A stretch of 64,000 nt of DNA from IMG/VR virus record IMGVR_UViG_3300032289_002472, positions 32,001-96,000 of that record, one strand, 5' to 3'. The notes beneath the pieces are model-generated. The model saw nothing but the letters and a program-made list of their open reading frames with translations, made no database searches and had not been told where the DNA came from. The DNA comes from a virus. The position numbers were made by a program, and so were the translations under genes. The number at the start of each line of letters is the position of its first letter. Within the stretch, counting starts at the first letter, position 1. Below, piece after piece: positions 37,124 through 47,649 of the stretch.

Positions 37124-37744
37124 TCATCCAGAAATACCTACAGGGACAAAAGATTTGATTAACTCAGTAATTTTATTACAAACCGCAGTTGCCTTCATGC
37201 TCGGACTAAGACCCAATGGAAAATCCTTGGAACGATAAAATACGTGTACGTCAACCCCCTTATTGATAGGATCAAAGGCCATCTTAAGTATTGTATCGTC
37301 CTGCACTAAACGAACAATCGGAATATGTATTGAAAGCTTTGGAGTATCTTCTCTGCGCAAAATACGGTTAATCCCATTCTGTAGTTCTTGTATATGCAGA
37401 ATTAAATTTTCCCAATCTTTTTGGCAAAAAGCTTTCCAGCATTTTGCATCCCAGTCCGCAAACCATTCTTCTTGTTTAGAAACATGTTTGCTGTGAGTAA
37501 AGAGCTTTCCAACTATGTGGGTTTCGTTTGCAGTTACATAAGAAATAGATTTTGCTTCTTTTGCTTTTGGCAAAGATTGATTTTTAGGTGGTCTACCCCG
37601 TTTTTTAATGAGAGTTGCTGAAGCCTGTTGAATGACAGCTTTGTTTTTGGGAGGTCTTCCCCTTTTTCTTTTGACGATCACAGGCTCTTGAATTGCTACA
37701 ACCTTATTCTTGGGGGGTCTGCCCCTCTTGCGTTTGATTGTCAT
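37124..37744 (-). CDS. AT-hook DNA-binding protein
   Basis: Three (K/R)KRGRPPKN AT-hook motifs. Confidence 0.8.
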   Translation of the reverse strand: MTIKRKRGRPPKNKVVAIQEPVIVKRKRGRPPKNKAVIQQASATLIKKRGRPPKNQSLPKAKEAKSISYVTANETHIVGKLFTHSKHVSKQEEWFADWDAKCWKAFCQKDWENLILHIQELQNGINRILRREDTPKLSIHIPIVRLVQDDTILKMAFDPINKGVDVHVFYRSKDFPLGLSPSMKATAVCNKITELIKSFVPVGISG

Positions 37745-38441
37745 CGATTTGTGTATTGTTATGTTTTGCTTCTCTTTGTTCTAAATATTTTGGAAACTCT
37801 CCATTAGATATCATGTTCAGTTGAAGAGTTTGCCTTATAGTCTCCAAAAGACTTTCTAGCTTTTTTTTATTTTTGATACCTAACTTAAGTTTTCCGCTAT
37901 CTTCCTTAAAAGAAGAGAAAAAGTCAATGGCAACAGCCTGTCCATTTCCAGGAGATGTGTTTACAAATTCATGTAAGTTAATGCTTACTAAATATTTAGA
38001 TTTTTTAGATTCGCTTAATTCATACTCTTGAATTAAAGAATTCAATATTTGAGGAACAAAAAAACTAGTACAAACAATTTTTGTTTTGTCTTCTACAAGC
38101 TGTTTTATTTCTTTTGTTTCTTCTGGAAATTGTTCCTCAATGGCTGTCAAAGTTTGAGACAGTCTTTCGTCAAAACGTTTTCCTCCTGCTTGTCGTTTAA
38201 CAGAGTTTACAACATTTTTAACTGTTTCAACAGTATCAGACAGGATGTATGGCTGAGAAAAGTCTGTTTCATAGTCTTCGTCGTTAAAGCTAAGAATAAC
38301 TTGGGACACCAAGTATGAATGCAACAAGTCTATTTTATCCATTTTGCGAAATGTATCTGAGTCGCATTCAAAGCTAAATACTGCGCTAAAGAGTCCTCCC
38401 GATTTGTAGTCGGTGGTAATTACATATTTTTTATTTTTCAT
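37704..38441 (-). CDS. Hypothetical protein
   Basis: 245-aa ORF. Confidence 0.65.
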   Translation of the reverse strand: MKNKKYVITTDYKSGGLFSAVFSFECDSDTFRKMDKIDLLHSYLVSQVILSFNDEDYETDFSQPYILSDTVETVKNVVNSVKRQAGGKRFDERLSQTLTAIEEQFPEETKEIKQLVEDKTKIVCTSFFVPQILNSLIQEYELSESKKSKYLVSINLHEFVNTSPGNGQAVAIDFFSSFKEDSGKLKLGIKNKKKLESLLETIRQTLQLNMISNGEFPKYLEQREAKHNNTQIDDNQTQEGQTPQE

Positions 38442-38619
38442 AAGTTAAAGTGGCCAGTAGATAAAAAGATGTCGCACTTTTTATTTTTAAGTTAAATGCT
38501 ATAACCTCAACACTCAAGTAAGTTTAAGTGTTAAGATTATAGCAAAGTATAATCAACCCTTTTTGCAGATTTCTTGTATTCTTAAAAAATTTTCTTGAAA
38601 CACGATAATTTAATAGCAA

Positions 38620-38658
38620 GAAAAAAGAGGGGGGAAAGAATAAATCTCTCCCCCCTCC
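38620..38658 (-). terminator. Intrinsic terminator
   Basis: gagggggga / tcccccctc stem plus T-tract. Confidence 0.6.
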
Positions 38659-38679
38659 AGCTTCCCCCACAGGAACTAT

Positions 38680-39714
38680 TTATGCAGTAACTTCCATTTC
38701 TTGGCAAATATCAGAAGGACTTGTTTTAGAGATCACTTCTTCTGCCTCGAATGGAGAAGTTTTCCAGGTTAATGGAAACTTCCAATTATTTGGAAGGTCG
38801 ACCTGCCCCACAACTACAGGACTGCCGACAACTCCAACTGCAAGAGGTGTGTTTACTTCGTCTACGCTTGCACATCTTTGTAGCTTTATAGGTCCCTCTG
38901 CAACGAGGTCCTGATAAAAATCTATTATTCTGTTTAATTTTGCGCCATGATCAGCAAACCATGGAAACTTCAGTTTGCCGGATTCATCACACCACCTAGA
39001 CTGTGCATGCTCAACAATTTGTTGCCTCAAGCCTTCTTGAATTGCTTCAAGCTGGATCGAGGCTTCGTGGCCAACCATATACTGTTTGAGCTGCTGTCCG
39101 CGAACAACGGCATTCCTCCAAGACTGAGACAGAGAGGGATTGTGTCCCCAGAGATTACTCAGAAAACGATTTGTCACCAAAAGGCGAAGTTTTTCTGAGT
39201 TCATCTCAAACTCTTCTATTGGATTTGGAGCTCCAATTTCATCTACCACCCATATGTCAAATGGGATCGAGACTGCGGCAGGCGTCAAAAGATCAGCAAG
39301 CTGGACACATGACTTAAGATTTAGGGAGAGCTTTAGAGTGTCAATGCTGATCGTTTTGAGGTTCTTTAAGGACAGGTAATAACTGCCCTCGTTGAGCTTG
39401 CCGGTTGTCGCTCTTTCCAAGGTTCCTTGAAGCCAATTAATTGGGGCCGCATGGTCAGGGAAGGCAACTTTAATTCCATTGGCTCCACCACGATAGTAGA
39501 ACTTAGAAAGACGAGGAATACCATTTATTATTTTGTAAATACCAAACTGTGTTTTAAGTGTCTTTTGATTGTGGACGCCAAATCCAACAAAAATATTTTC
39601 TTCATTGTGGATCAACGAAGAAGCATTCTTGTCATCTTTTTTGACATCCAAACTGATCGGAGTTTTGTTCCTTCTGGAGACGATGGTACGAACGGTTGTG
39701 CAGTTGTGTGACAT
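38680..39714 (-). CDS. Hypothetical protein (likely start MSHNC)
   Basis: Long ORF after an A/C-rich leader, bounded by terminators. Confidence 0.65.
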   Translation of the reverse strand: MSHNCTTVRTIVSRRNKTPISLDVKKDDKNASSLIHNEENIFVGFGVHNQKTLKTQFGIYKIINGIPRLSKFYYRGGANGIKVAFPDHAAPINWLQGTLERATTGKLNEGSYYLSLKNLKTISIDTLKLSLNLKSCVQLADLLTPAAVSIPFDIWVVDEIGAPNPIEEFEMNSEKLRLLVTNRFLSNLWGHNPSLSQSWRNAVVRGQQLKQYMVGHEASIQLEAIQEGLRQQIVEHAQSRWCDESGKLKFPWFADHGAKLNRIIDFYQDLVAEGPIKLQRCASVDEVNTPLAVGVVGSPVVVGQVDLPNNWKFPLTWKTSPFEAEEVISKTSPSDICQEMEVTA

Positions 39715-39839
39715 GGACTTAGTTTGTTTTATGTGTTTTGTTTTTGGGCTTTGGGGATGATGAAAAAAAACAAGCACTAGCGAGTAATTTAATCACCAAT
39801 ATATTATGGTTAATTTTTTAGAAAAATTATTGACCCCAT

Positions 39840-39871
39840 AAAAAAACTGGGGGGCAGTTTTGCCCCCCAGT
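39840..39871 (-). terminator. Intrinsic terminator
   Basis: actggggggca / tgccccccagt stem plus T7. Confidence 0.75.
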
Positions 39872-39909
39872 AAAATACTAATAATGAAAAATAAACTTAA
39901 ACGTATGAA

Positions 39910-40419
39910 CTATAGAATTCCCGACGGGTGAAAAAATAATCTTTTTGAATCAGAGATATTTAAACTTTTGCAAATTTCTGAAATTTGATTGTGAGCGTGT
40001 GAAGGAACATTAGATAAGAATTCAACTTCAAGGATTGCACGAGAGGACTCTTTGGGTTGTCCAATTCTTGCAAAACAATAAGCACTGTTTGCAGCCTTGA
40101 TTAATACATAAGTAATGTTGTTGCTAACCTTAGCAATTTGAGCGGTTAATCCATTGCCAGATTTTTTAAACTCAGAATTTAGTGTGTTGGTAAGCTGAGC
40201 CATGTTGTCATTGCTGGACTCAGCAACGTACTCATGTACTTGAGTAGGGACCAACAATGGTTCAGGCTGCGGATCAATAGCAATTGTTTCCTCTGCGGCT
40301 GAAGTAATTTCAGTTGTTTGAGCCTCTGCAACTTCTTCTAAACCTTGTGCGGCAGAACTCAGGGAAAGTTCTGTTTCAGTTACTTCTACTTCTTTTTCTT
40401 TTTTCTTTCTTTTGAGCAT
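39910..40419 (-). CDS. Hypothetical protein
   Basis: ORF in the operon direction. Confidence 0.6.
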   Translation of the reverse strand: MLKRKKKEKEVEVTETELSLSSAAQGLEEVAEAQTTEITSAAEETIAIDPQPEPLLVPTQVHEYVAESSNDNMAQLTNTLNSEFKKSGNGLTAQIAKVSNNITYVLIKAANSAYCFARIGQPKESSRAILEVEFLSNVPSHAHNQISEICKSLNISDSKRLFFHPSGIL

Positions 40420-40440
40420 AATACTTAAGGTGTGTTGGAT

Positions 40441-40782
40441 TTATTCTAAATCAAGATAAAAAGCGATAGCTTCATTTACGATATCTTGAACTGCCTTGAC
40501 TTTATATTCATAGGTTATGGGTGTCAACCCAGATTTTGTGAATTTAAAGATTTCTACATGAAACTCTACTTTTTCGTATCCTTCTTCCTTTAGTAATAGC
40601 TCGGCATCTTCGTCGATATCTTCGTCGTCTTCAGATTCATCTGGATCAATCACTCCATTAAATTTAATTAAATATTGTGGGGATGAAGTATAGAGAATGT
40701 ATTCATTTTCTTCTTTGTCTACCCCATAAATAAATTGTGGTATTTTAGAAGAAAAAACAGATGTAACGACGGTATTATTCAT
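40441..40782 (-). CDS. Acidic hypothetical protein
   Basis: ORF in the operon direction. Confidence 0.6.
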   Translation of the reverse strand: MNNTVVTSVFSSKIPQFIYGVDKEENEYILYTSSPQYLIKFNGVIDPDESEDDEDIDEDAELLLKEEGYEKVEFHVEIFKFTKSGLTPITYEYKVKAVQDIVNEAIAFYLDLE

Positions 40783-40783
40783 A

Positions 40784-41272
40784 CTAAAAGTTGTTTCTTC
40801 TAATATATTCAGCGATCAACAAAGAGTCAGCATCATTTTTAAACTTATCTTGAAGATGTTTAAATAATCTTTGTCCAACGGCCAAAGATGCAGTTTTAGT
40901 TTCGGGACCCTTTACGCCATTTGGCAACATAACCTTTTGCCATTCTTTAGAGTCAATAAAACGATAAGACAATTTTAGATCTTCCATTAGACACTCTTGA
41001 GCTTCAAGGACTCTAATGCCGGATGCAGTAGCTTTAAACCTTCCTGGGTTGACCATTGGGCGTTCTATTGCAATGCATGGCATATAACCATCAATCCACT
41101 CCAAGAAAATGTCTTTGGTCTTCTCCCTGTCCAATCTAGAAATGTACGACACTTTTTTTGTGTAGTTTAAACACTTCTTGATTGGAGTTATCTTATACTC
41201 TGCTGGCTTGTCGGGCCATATGGCGCTTATATTACCAATACCGTTATCCCATCCAATCCATACCTTATTCAT
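40784..41272 (-). CDS. RuvC-like Holliday junction resolvase
   Basis: WIGWDNG, IAIERP, KEWQK, NDADSLLIAEY. Confidence 0.8.
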   Translation of the reverse strand: MNKVWIGWDNGIGNISAIWPDKPAEYKITPIKKCLNYTKKVSYISRLDREKTKDIFLEWIDGYMPCIAIERPMVNPGRFKATASGIRVLEAQECLMEDLKLSYRFIDSKEWQKVMLPNGVKGPETKTASLAVGQRLFKHLQDKFKNDADSLLIAEYIRRNNF

Positions 41273-41276
41273 AAAA

Positions 41277-41855
41277 TTATTCCTTAACGCTATCTATAAA
41301 ATTTTTAAGATTAGCTACAAAAAACTTTTGATGTACGCCAGGAATAACAATATACGGTAGGCCAAAAGTTTCACAAGGATTGTTTTCGATAGGGCCTGAT
41401 ACGTAAATGACGTCTAGTAAAGTATTTGTATGAACAAATACTATATTTTTTCTAGTATTAAACCTTCGATATTGATCATTGCACTCTTCAAGTCTCTGGC
41501 TCATTAACTTCTCAAAGTCTCTAAAAGGAGACTTTTTAGAAGGAGCAAGAAACTCTGAAACAGACCCCACAAAGAACAGCTGGGTAGCTGAAGACTCAAA
41601 TACCAGTTCTGATATATGAAAGTTTTCAGCTAGTATTTCCCAGACATGTTCATTGTGAGCAATCTGATAGTTTAGAGTGTAAAATGGATCATTGCTTTCA
41701 CGTATTAAGCTCGTTGGTATCTGAAGCTTCAGTTGACTCAATAGCTTCAGAACCACTTTCTGTTTCTTCGCTATCGGTATCTGTTGTTGATCCTCTGGAT
41801 GGAGTTGACTCTGTTGAAGGTATAGATCCCTCGGATCCAGTTCTTGCGATTTCAT
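41277..41855 (-). CDS. Hypothetical protein (overlaps the RecA 3' end)
   Basis: 192-aa ORF; start uncertain. Confidence 0.5.
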   Translation of the reverse strand: MKSQELDPRDLYLQQSQLHPEDQQQIPIAKKQKVVLKLLSQLKLQIPTSLIRESNDPFYTLNYQIAHNEHVWEILAENFHISELVFESSATQLFFVGSVSEFLAPSKKSPFRDFEKLMSQRLEECNDQYRRFNTRKNIVFVHTNTLLDVIYVSGPIENNPCETFGLPYIVIPGVHQKFFVANLKNFIDSVKE

Positions 41856-42957
41856 ATTTTAATACTTTGTCTTCCATTACTATTCTAAGTTCTTGTTGGC
41901 ATATTTCATAATACTCTTTGCTGTGAGCTAATTTATAGACTTCTTCCGCTGTTATAGCTTCAGATTTGTCGATGCCTAGCTCTTCGCTATAGTAACGCCC
42001 ACCTTTGGCTTCTTTAATTCCTAGTATCTGTGCTAGTGCCAAAAAATTGGCAGTTGACTCACTAAAATTAAGTGTGTCTCCCCATTTAACGCCGAAGTGA
42101 AAAACTCTCTTAGGTTCTCCTAATTTGTTCTTTTTGAAGATACCCTTAACTTTGAATCCAGAGATTTCTCCGCCTTCTTTTGTTGATGCGTGTTTCTTTA
42201 GCATTAACCAGTAGGTTGCCGCAAATGGAATGGCTCTTCCTCCAGAACCAATCATTTTGTCGTCATCTGGGATGAGTGCTTGAAAGCCAGTTTGAATTAA
42301 GTCTCTGCCTTGGTTTAAGACGACCCAAAGAGTATTGGTCTCTTTGAGCTTATACTTAATTAAGTTGGTGGCATCTTTGATTACCTTTGCAGATCCGCCA
42401 ACTTTGGCTTGAACAAAGTTTTCTTCATCTTTTTGTGCTCTAGCATCAGTTGCTCCGGCAAGACTATCTAGAATTAATACCTTTGGAATCTTTCCTTGTG
42501 GATCTATTTTTAAGAATAGATTTAACTGATCGATAGTCATTTGAAGCGCTTCTTCAATTGACTCAGCATGAAAAATCCTGAACTTTTCAGGGCTCTTGAG
42601 ATAGTTAAGCATGTGCTTAGTGGAGCTAGCCATTTCGGTTTCAACCATTGCTGCAATTCCACCAGACTGCATACACAGATTGGCAATCCATAGGGCAAAG
42701 CTGCTTTTGCTTGAGCCCTCAAAACCCATTACTTGCATGATTCTTCCTAGTGCAAATCCCTTGCGACCAAGAGTCCATTGAAGCCCTAAGTCTGGTACCT
42801 CCAAATATTGAATATTGGCATCTTCTTCAAGGGCAGAGCTTACATGGTCACCGCCATATTTTTCTAAAATGTTCGATCCAGATTGATAAAAATATTGATC
42901 AATAGGATTTAAAAACTCTTCGTTTTCTTCTTTTTTTATTTTTCTTGGTCTTGGCAT
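41698..42957 (-). CDS. recA: RecA/UvsX-like recombinase
   Basis: GRIMQVMGFEGSSKS Walker A, VETE, LILDSLA Walker B, VLNQ, SGGRAIPFAA, KNK. Confidence 0.88.
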   Translation of the reverse strand: MPRPRKIKKEENEEFLNPIDQYFYQSGSNILEKYGGDHVSSALEEDANIQYLEVPDLGLQWTLGRKGFALGRIMQVMGFEGSSKSSFALWIANLCMQSGGIAAMVETEMASSTKHMLNYLKSPEKFRIFHAESIEEALQMTIDQLNLFLKIDPQGKIPKVLILDSLAGATDARAQKDEENFVQAKVGGSAKVIKDATNLIKYKLKETNTLWVVLNQGRDLIQTGFQALIPDDDKMIGSGGRAIPFAATYWLMLKKHASTKEGGEISGFKVKGIFKKNKLGEPKRVFHFGVKWGDTLNFSESTANFLALAQILGIKEAKGGRYYSEELGIDKSEAITAEEVYKLAHSKEYYEICQQELRIVMEDKVLKYEIARTGSEGSIPSTESTPSRGSTTDTDSEETESGSEAIESTEASDTNELNT

Positions 42958-43619
42958 AATTTGTAATAAATGTTGCTCTTCCATTCAAGTGCTTCAGAAA
43001 TTACCGGAAACTCTTTTATGAGTATGTCCTGAATTCTGTTTGCAATTTCACGGTGGTCTGTTTGTGTGTCTTTAGATGTTCTTAGGTCTATGTAGTGGAT
43101 CCAACTTCTAATTGTTCCACTCATATACAGCGTTGTAGAGGTAGAGAGAGGCAGGACCATTCTTGCACATTCTCTTGCTACGCCCTTTTCTAATAGTTTT
43201 TTGTATAAGTTTTGGCAAGCTAATTGAAGTGTTCCAATTTCTTCTCCCATCTCTACGTAATCACCAAAGTCAATTAAATCTTCTCCAACCTGCCTATTGG
43301 TTTTTCCCTGTTTACGTAACTCAAATTTTTCAAATTCTGTAGCCATAGAATATCTTTGACTAAATTCTTGAAAAGAAAAACTTCGATGCCTTAAAATTTG
43401 TGCAGCGATTGCTCTTGAGGTTTTTATCTGAAACGTGGCCGATACCATCTCAAATGGAGACCAATGTTTGTTTTTTATCAGATATTTTATAAGCCTAGGA
43501 GCCGTCTCGGTAGACATTTGATTTTCTGGATTCGAGACTCGTGCACAATAACTTATTAAGTCTTCTGGTGTACTTATTCCTTCAATAACAGGCTTTGTTA
43601 TAGATACTAATTTTACCAT
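42936..43619 (-). CDS. thyX: Flavin-dependent thymidylate synthase
   Basis: CARVS, HWSPFE, QILRHRSFSFQEFSQRY, ARMVLP, TQ.DHR. Confidence 0.95.
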   Translation of the reverse strand: MVKLVSITKPVIEGISTPEDLISYCARVSNPENQMSTETAPRLIKYLIKNKHWSPFEMVSATFQIKTSRAIAAQILRHRSFSFQEFSQRYSMATEFEKFELRKQGKTNRQVGEDLIDFGDYVEMGEEIGTLQLACQNLYKKLLEKGVARECARMVLPLSTSTTLYMSGTIRSWIHYIDLRTSKDTQTDHREIANRIQDILIKEFPVISEALEWKSNIYYKLCQDQEK

Positions 43620-43658
43620 AAAAAAAGAGAGGGAGGGCGAGAATCGCCCTCCCCCTTT
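43620..43658 (-). terminator. Intrinsic terminator
   Basis: gggagggcga / tcgccctccc stem plus T-tract. Confidence 0.75.
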
Positions 43659-43668
43659 GTTGTAGATA

Positions 43669-44850
43669 TTAATCCATTAAGTCTTTCATGCTCAATTTTT
43701 TAGAGCTATCAGACCCAATTTTTTTACGTTTAGGAACAGTGATTTCTTCCTCATCATCATCATCGTCCAAAGAGGATTGTGAAGATGGAGGTGGAAGATC
43801 GTCTTCTTGCGGTGCAAAACTACGATCCTCTTCTGAAGCAGTGTCCCTAGGGGCACGTTTAATTTTAGGCGCAGATACAAAAGACTCTTCAGATCCGCCA
43901 TCATCTTCCTCTTCTTCAGACACTTTTGTGCTGTAGACAGCTGTGGCTTTAGAGAGAACCTTGTCGATGTTTGGAACCCTAGAGGCAAAAGCTCTACGAA
44001 GCAGCTTGGGAACGTCACCAAAGTAATAGATTAATCTGTCAATGATTTCTCCTTCGGAGACTTCATGAAATATTTCATCCAAGTTATAGCGAGTTTCCAA
44101 TACAGCTTTGTTGATTGAAACTGGCTCTTCGTCATCAACAGGAACCATGTTGTAAATTGAGATTCCACCAGCTGGATTTGGTGTAAGCTTCAAGCAGCAC
44201 GGGATCATGCCTCTTGGGTCGGTAACGTCTCCCCAATAATAGCTGTCAGCGCCATCGCCTTCAGACTTTCTGTTCTTTCTTTGAAGTTCAGATAAAAGCC
44301 CCCAAGACTGAGCAGAATCTTTGGAAGCTTTTCCACTCTTTCTGAAGGCAGTACCAGGAATCTGCAATATGATTGCTTTATCTGCATCAATTTCTCGATC
44401 AAATAAAACTAAGGCATTTACTGCATATCCCGACCACTTTGAGTTGAGCCTAACCTCTGGATTTTTGTACGCATTCAACATGCGTTTTCCATCTGGAGTA
44501 TAGCCAGCAATGTGACAAAGATCTGGATCAGACTTTGCAACTTTAATGAGATCATCAACAGGGTCATACGCTTCGGGATCGAAAGTATGAGGACTAATGA
44601 TGTTTTGTTCTTTGTTCACGAAAGGGTGGAACTTTAGTCCAACCGCCCACTTCGTAAAAAGACTTGGATTTTCTTCATCTCTGTATTTAAGGTAGCTAGC
44701 CTTGTCTTTTGGGTCAGCTATCGCTGGTAAGATACAGGCTACGATCTCTTTGTCTTTAGATGGATATCTAATCCTAACTCCATCACGATAGACTAAATGC
44801 TTAGATTTGTATGTTTCGTTTTCTAATGTTTCGTTAATTCCTAGTGCCAT
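43669..44850 (-). CDS. Putative single-stranded DNA-binding protein (gp32-like)
   Basis: Follows the DNA polymerase; ACILPA, WGDVTDP; long acidic disordered C-terminus. Confidence 0.55.
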   Translation of the reverse strand: MALGINETLENETYKSKHLVYRDGVRIRYPSKDKEIVACILPAIADPKDKASYLKYRDEENPSLFTKWAVGLKFHPFVNKEQNIISPHTFDPEAYDPVDDLIKVAKSDPDLCHIAGYTPDGKRMLNAYKNPEVRLNSKWSGYAVNALVLFDREIDADKAIILQIPGTAFRKSGKASKDSAQSWGLLSELQRKNRKSEGDGADSYYWGDVTDPRGMIPCCLKLTPNPAGGISIYNMVPVDDEEPVSINKAVLETRYNLDEIFHEVSEGEIIDRLIYYFGDVPKLLRRAFASRVPNIDKVLSKATAVYSTKVSEEEEDDGGSEESFVSAPKIKRAPRDTASEEDRSFAPQEDDLPPPSSQSSLDDDDDEEEITVPKRKKIGSDSSKKLSMKDLMD

Positions 44851-44895
44851 AATTTTGTGTTTTGTTTTATGTTGTGTTATTTGGGTTTTAATAAG

Positions 44896-47649
44896 TTAAA
44901 TCAAATCATCTACATCGAAAAATTTGATCGATTCTGCGATGACAGATTTGCGATTGTTATATACATTTATAGTTCCGTTAATTAATACAGCTTTTTCTTC
45001 TTTAATTTTTCCAGAAAGCTCCGCATATAATCTAGGGAAACAAGTAATACTGACTTCATGTTCTTTATTGGCAATGTCAATAAAGCACATTTCATCATTT
45101 TTCTTTGTTTTTATTCTTTTGATCCTGGAAATTATTCCGGCAGTGCAAACATTCATATCAGCACTTATTAACATAAGTGATGGAATGTCTTTGCATTCTT
45201 TGTAGCCTTTCTCTTGAAAGTATTCGACAACGTTTGGGCTGCCTATACAAAGACTTTTGCTTTCTAAAATTTCAACCTTTGTTTTTGCTATCTTTTCGGG
45301 AGGTTTTTCGCCCCTCATTTTGTGATACAAAAAATTTAATTCATTTCTGATGTCGGAGATTTCGGTTAATTCACCGCTGTATAATGCATCAAAAGCCCCC
45401 GACCAAATCAGTGCAGATACAACCCTCTTGTTGACGGATTTTTTATCAACCCTCTCATAAAAGTCTTCAAAAGATTTGTATGGCTTGTTGTTAAAAACTT
45501 CCGCAGAGGCAGTCTTTACCCCCTTAATCATTGTTAGTGGATAAACAATTTTTTTGTCGTTGTCATCGATGATGTAAAAGTCAATTGCGCTAACGTTTAC
45601 ATCTGGCTTTTTGACAACGTGACTAAAATATTTTGCATGTGTCTCTAGGTCTTCATGACTAGAGTTTTGCAAAATAGCTGTCCACCATTCCAATGGATAA
45701 TGGGACTTAAGCCACATACAAACATATGCCATATAGGAATATGCTACACTGTGGCTTAGGTTAAAGGCATAGTTACTACTGGATCTGCACAAACTTACAA
45801 ATGCATTGATCTGTTGAATGTTCCAGCCATTTTTACTCAAACGATCTTTGATGTCGGGCAGGATCTTGTTCATTTGATCCATTTTCTTTTTACCAATAAT
45901 CTCTCGAATTTCGTCAGCCTGTTCTGCATTATAGTTGCAGGACTTTTGGAACATGGCAGATATTTGCTCCTGAAAAAGAACGATGCCATGAGTTGACGAC
46001 AAAATTTCTTTAAGGTCATCGTGTAAAAATTTGAATCCTTTATTATTTTGTCTTCTCTTAACCCACAAATTTATAAGTGTAAATTTTTCTCCTTCGTCCT
46101 CCATTTCAGCATACATAGTTCCTGGTCTACAGGCTGCTGTAATTGATGCTAAGTCTAGAATGCTTTGCGGCTTTATGCTTTTGCAAATATTCGTGGGAAT
46201 AGCGCCATTGAATTGAAAGATCGTCTCAGTTTTACCCTTAGAAAATTCTTCAAAGATTTCGGGTTCTTCTTCTAGAGAATAAATATCGATATCTATGTTG
46301 TGTCTTTGTTTAATTAAATTAATGCAGTTACCAATGTCTTTGAGTGTATTGAGCCCCAGTAAGTCAAATTTGACCAACCCCATGGCTTCAACTGCTTCCA
46401 TAGTAAACTGGGTACAATCCTCTTCATTGATTCTGCAAATTGGAACAACCTCACTCAGTGGAATATCTGCCAAGCAGTATGCACTTGCATGACGTCCAAG
46501 AGACTTGGGAATACCCAATACTTGTTCAACAAGCTCTTGTATTGCAGGGTGTTCTTCAAAGAAGGTTCTCAGGGCCTGATTAGTTGTTAGCTCGCCAGGA
46601 TGATTCCCTTCTTCGTCTTCCCATCCATGCAGCCATTTGACCAGGTCACTAAACCCTTGAGGAACGTTAGATATAGTTTTGCAAACATTATCTACATGTA
46701 GTTTTGCCTCTTCGTCGTTTTTGGTATCAAGCAATACCCTGCTGACATCTCTGATGGCGCTTTTGATTTTATTTGTTCCCGTGGTACATATTCTTGCAAA
46801 TTTGTCTCCATGCTTTGCTTTTAAGAACTCAGCAATCCTGTCTGGTTCACTAAAGTCTATGTCGATGTCAGGAAGTTTTCCACGATTGATACGACCAGAA
46901 GATAAAAAGCGCTCAAAAGATAATCCATATTGAATTGGATCAATGTGAGTTATCTTTAGTAAGTAAGCTAGCAAGCATCCTCCCGCACTGCCTCGACCAG
47001 CACCAATCCAAATGTTTAGCTGCCTAGCACTTTCACAGATATCGTGAAGTGCAAAAAAGTAAGGCAATAAATTGATTTTTCCATTACTTGCTATAATAGA
47101 AATTTCTTTTTTAAGCCTTTCCACATATTGAGGATCGTCAGGCATTCTTCCGTGTTTGTTGATAAGCTCAAGTGCATAGTGCTTGCACCGTTTATCGAAG
47201 GAATCACAAACTTCTATGGTCTCACGAGGAAATGTAACTTCTGGAAGTCTGTATTCTTTTTGAAGTTCAATTCTTTCGCATAACCCAGCTAAGTTGTGAT
47301 TGTTTTCAACAGCCTCGACAAACTCAGAAGAATATTCAGTTCCATGAACTTGAAGCCATTTATTCCAGGCTTCAGGAGTATTCATCTGATAATATTTGGT
47401 ATAAAATTTTAATCCTTTTTCTTCTGTCCTTCCGTTTTGAAGAAGAAGGTCTTGTACAATCTTCTGATCCTTTTCAACAAAGTGAGCGTCAAGAGTCAAC
47501 AAAAGAGGAACATTTAAGTTTTTGGCAACCTTCATTATAAGCTCGTTGCCAGCTTTTTGAATATCTCCACTTTTAGCTAATGGTGTACACTCCTTTCGAA
47601 CAAAAACCCCTGTGTTAACTTGTTGCCAAGTATTCTTATTAACCCTCAT
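44896..47649 (-). CDS. dnaE: DNA polymerase III alpha (family C), C-terminal part including the end of the PHP domain
   Basis: TLDAHF, GAGRGSAGG, FERFL, PDIDIDF, GRHAS, KFDLLGL, FQEQI, YAFNLSH, OB domain. Confidence 0.93.
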   Translation of the reverse strand: MRVNKNTWQQVNTGVFVRKECTPLAKSGDIQKAGNELIMKVAKNLNVPLLLTLDAHFVEKDQKIVQDLLLQNGRTEEKGLKFYTKYYQMNTPEAWNKWLQVHGTEYSSEFVEAVENNHNLAGLCERIELQKEYRLPEVTFPRETIEVCDSFDKRCKHYALELINKHGRMPDDPQYVERLKKEISIIASNGKINLLPYFFALHDICESARQLNIWIGAGRGSAGGCLLAYLLKITHIDPIQYGLSFERFLSSGRINRGKLPDIDIDFSEPDRIAEFLKAKHGDKFARICTTGTNKIKSAIRDVSRVLLDTKNDEEAKLHVDNVCKTISNVPQGFSDLVKWLHGWEDEEGNHPGELTTNQALRTFFEEHPAIQELVEQVLGIPKSLGRHASAYCLADIPLSEVVPICRINEEDCTQFTMEAVEAMGLVKFDLLGLNTLKDIGNCINLIKQRHNIDIDIYSLEEEPEIFEEFSKGKTETIFQFNGAIPTNICKSIKPQSILDLASITAACRPGTMYAEMEDEGEKFTLINLWVKRRQNNKGFKFLHDDLKEILSSTHGIVLFQEQISAMFQKSCNYNAEQADEIREIIGKKKMDQMNKILPDIKDRLSKNGWNIQQINAFVSLCRSSSNYAFNLSHSVAYSYMAYVCMWLKSHYPLEWWTAILQNSSHEDLETHAKYFSHVVKKPDVNVSAIDFYIIDDNDKKIVYPLTMIKGVKTASAEVFNNKPYKSFEDFYERVDKKSVNKRVVSALIWSGAFDALYSGELTEISDIRNELNFLYHKMRGEKPPEKIAKTKVEILESKSLCIGSPNVVEYFQEKGYKECKDIPSLMLISADMNVCTAGIISRIKRIKTKKNDEMCFIDIANKEHEVSITCFPRLYAELSGKIKEEKAVLINGTINVYNNRKSVIAESIKFFDVDDLI

